Positions 18,080 through 26,580 of a DNA stretch of 64,000 nt are shown here, one piece after another. The translations under genes and the position numbers were made by a program. Each line of letters opens with the position of its first letter. Within the stretch, counting starts at the first letter, position 1. Under the pieces are notes generated by a model that saw only the letters and a list, made by a program, of their open reading frames with translations, ran no database searches and was not told the DNA's origin. The stretch comes from an uncultured Planctomycetaceae bacterium. GTDB taxonomy: Bacteria; Planctomycetota; Phycisphaerae; SM23-33. The stretch is taken from contig CAZSLS010000006.1 of the NCBI GenBank assembly GCA_964607575.1, positions 16,581 through 80,580 of the forward strand. The letters run 5' to 3'.

Positions 18080-20637
18080 GACGATTCGGAATGTTGGCGT
18101 GCCTGCTCGCGTGTCTGTTTGCTTCGGTTGGACAGGCGGTCGAACCGATCCGTCTGGCAAATAAGCATATCCGGGCTGATTTCAAGTTGATCGGTGGCGC
18201 GTGGGCCAACTGTGGTCTTTCGCGGGCCGACGGGTCGGATGCGATGAGACTGGTCAGCGACGAGTTCGAGGTTCTCCTGTTTGATGACACTCGCTTCACG
18301 GCCGCAGACTACCGGGCGGGCGACCCCAAGCGAATAATCGGCAACGATGGATCGCAGGTGATGGTGATCGAGTACAAGCCTGAAGCCTCGACGTCTCCCA
18401 AAGCGCCTCGCAGGGTGACGGTCGCCTACGAGCTTGGCAAGGGACCATATCTCCGCAAGATCGTTACGATCGCGATGAAAAAAGGCGAGAAGGTCGACCG
18501 ACTGAGCGTGCTGCGATTCTCGACGTCGACAAAAGCCTCTCGCGGCGGGCGGGGCGAGGCGGTGTTCCTGGGCAACTGGTTCGTCGGGGCGGACTATCCG
18601 TGCTTCTATAGTCGGCATAGCGACGGATTTGCCAATCCCGATTATTTCTACCGCTGGGATTACATGATAGATCTCGCCGGCGGCGATAAGATTCTGGCCC
18701 CGCGCAAGGGTCTGGTGTCGGTGTTTCATTTTCCCGGATACGCCCGCTTGCAGGCCGGAGGCAAGTGGGAGATCGTTTCCAAACGTGCGGTTATCGGTTT
18801 GAGCAAGGCCAAGGGCGACAATGCGGAGTTGGCGCTGTTCGATTACATCGCCGAAACGCGAAAACCTCCTCGCAGCCACCTGCACTACAACAACTGGTAC
18901 AGCCCCGAAGGCAAGAACCTCAGCGTCGACAAGTTCATCCCGAACGTCTACAAACCCATCAACGACAAGCTGAAAAAGTACGGGGCTAAACTCGATGCGA
19001 TAGTGCCTGACCACGGATGGCAGAACACCAAGGCGTTCGAATACATATTCCAGCCGCAGGTCAACGCCACCCACTCACCGCTGCCCGAACTCGCTAAAGC
19101 TCTGATGGACTCAGGCAAAACGCACCTGGGGATTTGGATGGCGCTGGACGGGACGAACAACTCCACCGCACACGGACTGAAAATCGGCTACAAGCCCGCA
19201 TACGCCAAAGGCTTCAAACGCGAGGCCAAATGGATGGCGGGCAAGGCGTACTTCAACATACTCGACCCGAAATACCAGCGCGACCTCAAGAAGGCGCTGA
19301 AGTTCCTGATCGTCGATGCGGGAGTGGACTATATCAAGCACGATTTCAACCACAACTTCACCAGCAACTACATCTCGCAGCGTCACGCGCGCGAGGCCTG
19401 CCTCGACGTGACGCTCGGCCTGCTGAAGTACGAACGGTCGCTTAATCCGAAGGTCTACCAGAATTACACCAACGGATCGTGGTTTTCGCCATGGTGGTTG
19501 CAGCATGTAGATTCGCTGTGGATGATGTCGGGCGATTCGGGCAACTCTCGCAAGTATCCGCACCTGGCGCATCGCGACCGTTCAACGTCGTATCGCGACG
19601 AATATTTTTTCCAGAATTTCAACAACCCCCAGCGCACCGCCCGGCCGGTGATTCCGATCGCCAACTTCATGACGCACGGGATCATTTATTCAGCCAAGAA
19701 GCCCTTCACCGACGGGCACGACCTGCTGGAAAACTGGTCGAATCACGTTGTGATGTACTACGCACGCGGGACGATGGTCAAGGAACTCTACCTCACGCCG
19801 AAGCTGCTCAGCGAGGCCCAGTGGGAAGTGCTGGGGCGGGCGTCCGACTGGGCGCAGCGCAACCAGCATCGCCTGAAGAACACGGTGATAATCGGCGGGG
19901 ATCCGGGCAAGGGCGAGATTTACGGGCTTATCAGTTGGGTCGGTGGGCGGGCGATACTCACCGTTCGCAATCCCAACCGCAACGCTCAAACACTAACCGT
20001 ACCGTTCGACTGGACGGTCTACTACCGCGGCGCAAAGGGCAAGGCGTACCGGGCGCGGGCGATCTATCCGTTCGTCGAACAGATGCCCTGGGTGCTGACT
20101 TCGGGCCAACCGTTCAAAGTAACGGTCCCCGGCGACACGGTGATCGTTTACGAGATTGATCCGGGCCGACCGCCTGAGACGCCGGCGGCCGAGGCCAAAC
20201 CGTTACCGGTGACCAAGGCGACAGTCGACGGCGATGCGATCGTTATGAAGTTGCGGGTGCCTGACGAGGCGATGGAACGCTACGAACTGATCATCCAGCC
20301 GTGGGGTACAATCGACGTGGAACTCACCATCGACGGTAAGCCCGTTCCGGCCCGCCAATCATCCAAGGACGCTCGATGGAGCATCCACGCGTTCGGCCTT
20401 GCGTCATACCGCGGCAAGACGATAGCTCTCCGGGCCCGCCTCAAGGCCGACCCCGCCGCCAAGCGAAAGCCTCGCCCCAAGACTCCGACCGAAGCATGGG
20501 TCATCGCCGACCGTCCCGTAACCGCCAGGCCCGAGCCCTCCGACCGGCATCTGCCCAAACCGATCTCGCAGAACTATCGCCGAGTAACCCAAAACGTTCT
20601 GACCAAACGAAGCGTTCCGGTATCCACGGGCAAGTAG
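18076..20637 (+). CDS. secreted putative glycoside hydrolase, alpha-galactosidase-like (clan GH-D-like) TIM barrel
   Basis: Signal peptide MRRFGMLACLLACLFASVGQA. IVPDHGWQN and VDYIKHDFNHNF resemble the DDGW and (Y)IKWD(M/F)N motifs of GH27/36 enzymes. Family assignment is tentative. Confidence 0.4.
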   Translation: MRRFGMLACLLACLFASVGQAVEPIRLANKHIRADFKLIGGAWANCGLSRADGSDAMRLVSDEFEVLLFDDTRFTAADYRAGDPKRIIGNDGSQVMVIEYKPEASTSPKAPRRVTVAYELGKGPYLRKIVTIAMKKGEKVDRLSVLRFSTSTKASRGGRGEAVFLGNWFVGADYPCFYSRHSDGFANPDYFYRWDYMIDLAGGDKILAPRKGLVSVFHFPGYARLQAGGKWEIVSKRAVIGLSKAKGDNAELALFDYIAETRKPPRSHLHYNNWYSPEGKNLSVDKFIPNVYKPINDKLKKYGAKLDAIVPDHGWQNTKAFEYIFQPQVNATHSPLPELAKALMDSGKTHLGIWMALDGTNNSTAHGLKIGYKPAYAKGFKREAKWMAGKAYFNILDPKYQRDLKKALKFLIVDAGVDYIKHDFNHNFTSNYISQRHAREACLDVTLGLLKYERSLNPKVYQNYTNGSWFSPWWLQHVDSLWMMSGDSGNSRKYPHLAHRDRSTSYRDEYFFQNFNNPQRTARPVIPIANFMTHGIIYSAKKPFTDGHDLLENWSNHVVMYYARGTMVKELYLTPKLLSEAQWEVLGRASDWAQRNQHRLKNTVIIGGDPGKGEIYGLISWVGGRAILTVRNPNRNAQTLTVPFDWTVYYRGAKGKAYRARAIYPFVEQMPWVLTSGQPFKVTVPGDTVIVYEIDPGRPPETPAAEAKPLPVTKATVDGDAIVMKLRVPDEAMERYELIIQPWGTIDVELTIDGKPVPARQSSKDARWSIHAFGLASYRGKTIALRARLKADPAAKRKPRPKTPTEAWVIADRPVTARPEPSDRHLPKPISQNYRRVTQNVLTKRSVPVSTGK

Positions 20638-20661
20638 TATTGTTCGATGACCTGAGATGCG

Positions 20662-20871
20662 TCAGAACCCCGCGGCGGTGAGATCCAGCAGATCGACCCC
20701 GCCGAGGATCGGACCGATCTCCGGGCGGGAATTGCCGACATTTACCAGCGCATTTGCGGTGAGTGTTTCGGCGTCATCACCGAGATCGAAGAACGCTGCC
20801 CCCACGACGTTCAGGGACCCACTCAACAGTATCCGCTCTTCCAGGACTTCAAATAACGTATGTTCGTGCAT
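20662..20871 (-). CDS. small acidic protein (69 aa) with an N-terminal LEERxLLS-type motif
   Basis: ATG is preceded by GGAGAG at 8 nt. Sequence MHEHTLFEVLEERILLSGS.... Located 80 nt downstream of the sulfatase pair on the same strand. No other homology recognised. Confidence 0.4.
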   Translation of the reverse strand: MHEHTLFEVLEERILLSGSLNVVGAAFFDLGDDAETLTANALVNVGNSRPEIGPILGGVDLLDLTAAGF

Positions 20872-20951
20872 TGCCTACTCTCTCCGTAAGTAGAGTAGGA
20901 CACAAAACACCCTCGGGCAAATCGACCCGGCGACAAACAGTTATCTTCGAC

Positions 20952-22388
20952 TTAAGTGATCCGCTCGGGCATGATCGCGTTGTTCTTCACCAGCCAGGTT
21001 TCGAGATCGGCTTTCATTTGTGCGGCTATTTTCGGGTGCTGCTTGGCGATGTTCACTTTCTCCGAGATATCTTTCGACAGATCGTACAACTCGACCGATC
21101 CGTCGAGATACCACTTGATGAGCTTGTACTTGCCTTGCCTGATCGCCCCACCCAGGCCGTTGGACCTGTGGAAGGCGTAGTTGGGGTAGTGGAAGTGGAT
21201 GGCTTTACGCGTGAGGGGCCCCTTTTGCGTCAGCAGGGGCGTGATGTCCTCACCGTCGATGATCTGTCCACGCTGCGGTTGCAATCCGGCCGCTGACAGC
21301 AGGGTCGGGTAAAAGTCCGTGCTGATAATCGGCGTGGCGCAGGTCGTATTCGGGGGCACGATCCCTGGCCAGCGGATGATGGTCGGTACGCGAATCCCGC
21401 CTTCGTAGAGGTGTCCCTTGTCCAGGCGAAGCGGTCTGTTGTCGCCCACGCCGCCGTAGGCGCCGTTGTCGGACGTGAAGATCACCAGCGTCTCGTCGCG
21501 GATGCCCAGTTCGTCGACTTTCGCGAACAGTCGCCCCATGGCCGTATCCATCGCTTCGAGCATGGCGGCGTATCGCGCGTCCTTGATGCCCGGCCCGATG
21601 CGAGACTTGTACTTCTCGATCAGCGGATTCGGCGCCTCCATCGGCCAGTGTACCGTGTAGTTCCACAGTGACAGGAAGAACGGTTGCTTTTTGGCTCGGC
21701 TGGCGGTGATGAAACTCATCGCTTCGTCGCACAGGCGGTCAGGCAGGTACTCACCGGCCTTGCGGGGCTTGAGATTGTAGATCTTGTAGGGATCCCAGTA
21801 GGTCGGCGGTCCGCCGTAGCAGCATCCGCCAATGTTAATGTCGAAACCCTGGTTCTCGGGATTGAACCTGTCGTCGCCGCGGCCTTGATCGTTGCCCTTG
21901 CGTTTCCCGCTCATGTGCCATTTGCCCATGAAGGCGGTGGCGTATCCGGCGGATTTGAGGCGTTCGGCGATGGTGACCTTCTCAAGCGGCAGGACGTTGA
22001 TTGTCTTGGCGGACTTGAGCTTGGCGCCTTTGGGCTCGAAGCGCGGGTGGTCGGGGATGTGGTTAGTGATCATCAGGCGGGCCGGCGACTGCCCCGACAT
22101 GATCGACGCCCGCGTGGGTGAGCACACCGGTGCGGCCGCGTAGGCGTCGGTGAATCGCATACCATCTTTGGCGAGCTTGTCGATATGCGGCGTGTCGAGA
22201 TTCTTGTTGCCTTGGCAGTGCAGGTCCATCCAGCCCATGTCATCGACCATTATCAGGATGATATTGGGCTTCTTGCCGGCCTTGCCGGATGCTGTCGTGG
22301 AGATTGCCTGCTTGCAGCCGCCCAGCGATACCGCCGCGGCGCCGAGTGCGACGGTTTTGAGAAATTCACGTCTGTTGTGTTGCTTCAT
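20952..22388 (-). CDS. Cys-type sulfatase (arylsulfatase family), Tat/lipoprotein signal
   Basis: NRREFLKTVALGAAAVSLGGC, formylglycine motif CSPTRASIMSG, IIMVDDMGW, GKWH. Confidence 0.9.
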   Translation of the reverse strand: MKQHNRREFLKTVALGAAAVSLGGCKQAISTTASGKAGKKPNIILIMVDDMGWMDLHCQGNKNLDTPHIDKLAKDGMRFTDAYAAAPVCSPTRASIMSGQSPARLMITNHIPDHPRFEPKGAKLKSAKTINVLPLEKVTIAERLKSAGYATAFMGKWHMSGKRKGNDQGRGDDRFNPENQGFDINIGGCCYGGPPTYWDPYKIYNLKPRKAGEYLPDRLCDEAMSFITASRAKKQPFFLSLWNYTVHWPMEAPNPLIEKYKSRIGPGIKDARYAAMLEAMDTAMGRLFAKVDELGIRDETLVIFTSDNGAYGGVGDNRPLRLDKGHLYEGGIRVPTIIRWPGIVPPNTTCATPIISTDFYPTLLSAAGLQPQRGQIIDGEDITPLLTQKGPLTRKAIHFHYPNYAFHRSNGLGGAIRQGKYKLIKWYLDGSVELYDLSKDISEKVNIAKQHPKIAAQMKADLETWLVKNNAIMPERIT

Positions 22389-22397
22389 GGAAGTTCC

Positions 22398-23855
22398 TTA
22401 CTTTGGTTTGTACTCGGGATTGGGCTTGGGGAGTTTGGCTCCGACTGACTTGAGCCATGCGGTCAGCTTTGCGTCCAGGTCGGCGACCTTTTTGGGCATT
22501 GCTGCGGATTGGTCGGTCTTTTCGGACAGGTCGTCCTTGAGATTGTAAAGTTCCCGCTTACCGCTCTCGTAGCGGCGGATGAGTTTCCAGTCGCCCTCGC
22601 GGATGATGCTGTACGGCTTGATCCGCGTGCCCCACCAGTAATGCGGGAAATGCCAGTACAGCGTCTTGCGCTCCAGCCCGCCTGTCTGCTTTAGCAGCGG
22701 CATGAGGCTCAGCCCGTCGATAGTTTTGTCGGGCAATTTGGCGCTGGTGGCGGCGGCGATAGTGGGCAGGAGGTCGATGCTGCAGACGGGCGTGTCGCAT
22801 ACCGAGCCGGGCTTGACGTTGCCCGGCCAGCGGATGATGAACGGTTCGCGAATCCCACCTTCGTACGCGTAACCCTTGCCCTTGCGAAGCGGGGCGTTGT
22901 TGGTCGCGGGGAAATGCACCGCGCCGCCGTTATCGGATGTGAAGATGAACATCGTATCGTCGGTGAGCTTGTGTTTGTCCAGGGCGGCCAGGATCCTGCC
23001 CACCGCTTGGTCAACGCTTTCGACCATGGCTGCATACACCGGGTTCTTCTGGTTGGTGGTCTTGCGTGCCCTGTACTTGGCGATGATTTCCTTCTTGGCC
23101 TGGATGGGGGAGTGGACCGCGTAGTGGGCCATATACAGGAAGAACGGCTTGTCGTAATGCTTCTCGATGAAGCCGACCGCATGCTCGGCTTCGCGGTCGG
23201 TTAGGTACTCGCCTTTCTTCCGGGGCGGGAATGTGGCGATTCCCGCGGTCTTGCCTGACCTCGAGTACGGGTCGAAGAAGCTCGGCGGGGCTCCGATCTT
23301 GCATCCGCCGAAATTGTAATCGAATCCCTGCTGGTCAGGATGCCAGCCGGGAGGACCCAGATGCCACTTGCCCACGTGGCAGGAGACGTATCCGAGCGGT
23401 TTGAGCATCTCGGGGATAGTGACCTCGTCGTGTTCGAGCCAGAACTTGCAGATTGGAGTCAGGAGCTTTCGATTGCGGTGCGGGTCGAAGCCTTCGGGGT
23501 TCTTGCGGGCTTTGGCGGCCTTTGCGGCGCGGCGGTCGTGGCAGTGGATCCAATCGGTCACGCCGACGCGGGCGGGGTATCGTCCGGTCATGACAGATGC
23601 TCGCGTGGGGCTGCAGACGGCGCAGGCGGCGTAGCCCTGGGTGAACTTCATGCCCCCGCGACAGAGGCGATCGATGCTGGGCGTCTGGTAGTACGTGCTT
23701 CCAAAGCAGCCCACGTCGGTCCAGCCCATATCGTCGACCAGCACGAGTACGACGTTCGGTTTGCGTTTCGAAGCTCTCACCGCGGCGGACGCTTGCGGAA
23801 CGACGGCGGCCGCTGCGCCGAGGCTCAAAGCTTTGAGGAAGTCGCGTCGTTGCAT
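22398..23855 (-). CDS. Cys-type sulfatase (arylsulfatase family), Tat signal
   Basis: MQRRDFLKALSLGAAAAV, CSPTRASVMTGRYP, LVLVDDMGW, GKWHLG. Confidence 0.9.
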   Translation of the reverse strand: MQRRDFLKALSLGAAAAVVPQASAAVRASKRKPNVVLVLVDDMGWTDVGCFGSTYYQTPSIDRLCRGGMKFTQGYAACAVCSPTRASVMTGRYPARVGVTDWIHCHDRRAAKAAKARKNPEGFDPHRNRKLLTPICKFWLEHDEVTIPEMLKPLGYVSCHVGKWHLGPPGWHPDQQGFDYNFGGCKIGAPPSFFDPYSRSGKTAGIATFPPRKKGEYLTDREAEHAVGFIEKHYDKPFFLYMAHYAVHSPIQAKKEIIAKYRARKTTNQKNPVYAAMVESVDQAVGRILAALDKHKLTDDTMFIFTSDNGGAVHFPATNNAPLRKGKGYAYEGGIREPFIIRWPGNVKPGSVCDTPVCSIDLLPTIAAATSAKLPDKTIDGLSLMPLLKQTGGLERKTLYWHFPHYWWGTRIKPYSIIREGDWKLIRRYESGKRELYNLKDDLSEKTDQSAAMPKKVADLDAKLTAWLKSVGAKLPKPNPEYKPK

Positions 23856-23911
23856 TTATACGCTCCTGACTAACTTCGGACGACTATAGCAGGCATGGGA
23901 CCGCAAAGGAA

Positions 23912-23940
23912 TTGAAATGCCCGCTGCAAACCGGTACGCT
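23912..23940 (+). promoter_or_regulatory. candidate sigma70-like promoter (TTGAAA-17 nt-TACGCT) for the paralog-3 operon
   Basis: TTGAAA at 23912-23917, a 17-nt spacer, TACGCT at 23935-23940, about 45 nt upstream of ATG 23986, in the divergent intergenic region shared with the sulfatases. Confidence 0.3.
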
Positions 23941-23985
23941 ATGTTAACGCAGGCGGGGTGGTTCTATACAAAGGTGAGAAACGAA

Positions 23986-26568
23986 ATGAACACAAATGGT
24001 ATCTCGAAAGTTATTTTGGGGCTGATGGTTGTTGCGTTGCTTTGCGGGCGGGCGGTCGCTGAACCCGACGCATGGACCGGAGGGGCGCCTTCGGGAGCCG
24101 CGTATCCCGAAGGGGAGGCCGACCGGCGATTCGCTACGCTGTCCCGGGATATCAAATCGCGGGCGACGATCAACAAGTTCGCCGCGGAGACTTTCCGCAA
24201 GGAGTCGATGATACTCGACACCGACCGCGACCCGCTGGACGTGGTCCTGCGCCGCAGCGAATCGCTACTTGCGGATATCGCGCGCCTGCCCAAGGCGCCC
24301 AAGCTCGACAAGATGAAGACCGAACTTGCCGCCTTGAAAACCGCCGCCGCCAAGGTCGACCCGAAGGACGCTCCGGCCCGCCGTGCGATCTTCGACAAGG
24401 TCTGCGCGCTCCGCAGGCGGATCGCATTCGCCAATCCGCTGCTGGACTTCAGCGAGATGCTGATCGTCAAGCGTCTGTTGCCTGGATACAATCACATGTG
24501 CGACCAGTACTACGGTATGGCGCAGCGTCCCGGCGGGGGACTCTACGTTCTCAGCGACGTGTTCGGAGCCAAACCGCAGATACGAAGCCTTCTGGACAAG
24601 TCGGTGGTGACCACCGGGCGTCTGAAGGGCAAGAAGCTCTCCGGCGGTCCGAATAAACTCTGGAGGGTCCGCTACAACGGTATGGGAAGCAGCGGTGGCG
24701 ACGAGACCCAGGGCGGATCGTTCCTCTCGCCCGATCTGTCGTTCGATGGTAAGACCGTCGCGTTCGCTTACGTTGAAATGACAGGCGACAGGAAGCACGA
24801 TTTCCACACCGACCCTACAAAAGGGCACTGGAGCAAGGAACGAGCCTACCATGTATTCTCCGTCGGGATCGACGGGAAGAACCTCCGCATGCTCACCGAC
24901 GGTACGTGGAACGATTTCGACCCGTGCTTCATGCCCTCGGGTCGAATCGCATTCATCACCGAGCGGCGCGGCGGATATCTGCGATGCGGGCGAGTCTGCC
25001 CGACCTACACCCTGTACGACATGGCCGCAGACGGAAGCGGTATCAAATGCCTGTCGTTCCACGAGACAAACGAATGGCATCCCAGTGTCACCAACGACGG
25101 GATGATCATCTGGACGCGATGGGACTACGTTGACCGTCACGGGCAGATTGCCCACATGGCGTGGACCACCACCCCCGACGGACGCGACCCGCGCGCCGTA
25201 CACGGAAACTACGCCACACGCAACAAGCGCCCTGACATGGAAGTCGACGCTCGTGCCATTCCCGGTTCGAACAAGTTCGTAGCCGTTGCCGCCCCGCACC
25301 ACGCTCAATCGTTCGGTTCGATGGTGATTATCGACCCCCGCGCCGAAGACGATGACGCGATGGGCCCGGTGAAGCGCGTGACACCCGACGCGGGCTTCCC
25401 CGAATCGCAGACCCACAAGCAGCGGTCGATGCTCTACGGACAGCCCTGGCCGCTGAACGAAGACTACTACATCTGCGCGTATGATCCCGGAGGAAGAGGC
25501 ACCAGCGGGACAATGTACGGAATCTATCTCGTCGATTCCTTCGGTAACAGGGAACTGATCTATCGCGACCCGGCGATCGCCTCGCAGAGTCCCATTCCGA
25601 TCAAGGCCCGCAAAAAGCCCCCGGTGATTCCGGAGATGTCCAAACGTCTCGAAGCCAATCCGCTCAAGGAGGCGACGGTCGGCGTGGTCAACGTTTACAA
25701 TGCCGACAAGCCGCTGCCCAAGGGCGTGAAGATCAAATCGCTGCGAGTTTACCAGGTCTTCCCGCTGTCGGTCGCTTCGGCGCGGGTGACCCACGCCACC
25801 GGATGCCAGATCCCACAGGCCAGGGACTCGATCAACCTGACCCGCGCCGTGCTCGGTACGGTCCCCGTCGAGGCCGACGGAAGCGCCCACTTCACCGTAC
25901 CCTCGGGCAAGGAACTGTTCTTCCAGGTACTCGACGAGAAGGGGCTGGCGGTTATGTCGATGCGGTCGGGCACGCATTTTCAGCCCGGCGAGCGTACGAT
26001 CTGCCAGGGCTGCCACGAGTCCAAATACGGAGTAGCCACCTCGCCGTCGAGGAAGGTGACGATGGCGATGAAACGGGCTCCCTCAAAACTCAAACCCGAG
26101 GCCGACGGTACCAATCCGTTCAGCTACCCGCGACTCGTCCAGCCCGTGCTGGACAAGCACTGCGTCAAATGTCACGAGAAGAACAAGGACAATAAGGACA
26201 AGACCAAGCGAACCCTCCCGCTGGATTCGAAGATCGTCAAGACGGCCCGGGGTAGTTACATGAACCCGAAGACTTCCTACTTCGTTTCGTATCTGAACCT
26301 GGCGCCGAAGTACGGTTTCTACAATTACGGCGGTAAGAATTGGAACGATCCCAAATGGTACCGGAGCACGGCCGGCGAGTTCGGAGCCCAGGCCTCGAAA
26401 CTTTATCAATTGCTCCAGAAGGGGCATTACAAGGTGAAGCTTTCGCCCGATGAGATGCGTCGCATAACCGTATGGCTGGATTCCTGCTCGCCGTTCTACG
26501 GAGTGTATGAGAAGGAAGGCGGACTGGCTCAACTCCGCGGTGAGATCGCCAAACCGACACTCGAATAA
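23986..26568 (+). CDS. secreted PD40 beta-propeller + two CXXCH motifs (propeller/CXXCH paralog 3 of 4)
   Basis: ATG 23986 follows AAGGTGAG. Signal peptide ISKVILGLMVVALLCGRAVA. Blocks FLSPDLSFDGKTVAF, FMPSGRIAFITER, HPSVTNDGMIIWTRWDYVDRH, VPVEADGSAHF...ICQGCHE, VQPVLDKHCVKCH. The N-terminal helical region is alignable with paralog 2. Confidence 0.75.
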   Translation: MNTNGISKVILGLMVVALLCGRAVAEPDAWTGGAPSGAAYPEGEADRRFATLSRDIKSRATINKFAAETFRKESMILDTDRDPLDVVLRRSESLLADIARLPKAPKLDKMKTELAALKTAAAKVDPKDAPARRAIFDKVCALRRRIAFANPLLDFSEMLIVKRLLPGYNHMCDQYYGMAQRPGGGLYVLSDVFGAKPQIRSLLDKSVVTTGRLKGKKLSGGPNKLWRVRYNGMGSSGGDETQGGSFLSPDLSFDGKTVAFAYVEMTGDRKHDFHTDPTKGHWSKERAYHVFSVGIDGKNLRMLTDGTWNDFDPCFMPSGRIAFITERRGGYLRCGRVCPTYTLYDMAADGSGIKCLSFHETNEWHPSVTNDGMIIWTRWDYVDRHGQIAHMAWTTTPDGRDPRAVHGNYATRNKRPDMEVDARAIPGSNKFVAVAAPHHAQSFGSMVIIDPRAEDDDAMGPVKRVTPDAGFPESQTHKQRSMLYGQPWPLNEDYYICAYDPGGRGTSGTMYGIYLVDSFGNRELIYRDPAIASQSPIPIKARKKPPVIPEMSKRLEANPLKEATVGVVNVYNADKPLPKGVKIKSLRVYQVFPLSVASARVTHATGCQIPQARDSINLTRAVLGTVPVEADGSAHFTVPSGKELFFQVLDEKGLAVMSMRSGTHFQPGERTICQGCHESKYGVATSPSRKVTMAMKRAPSKLKPEADGTNPFSYPRLVQPVLDKHCVKCHEKNKDNKDKTKRTLPLDSKIVKTARGSYMNPKTSYFVSYLNLAPKYGFYNYGGKNWNDPKWYRSTAGEFGAQASKLYQLLQKGHYKVKLSPDEMRRITVWLDSCSPFYGVYEKEGGLAQLRGEIAKPTLE

Positions 26569-26580
26569 ACGAGGTGGACA

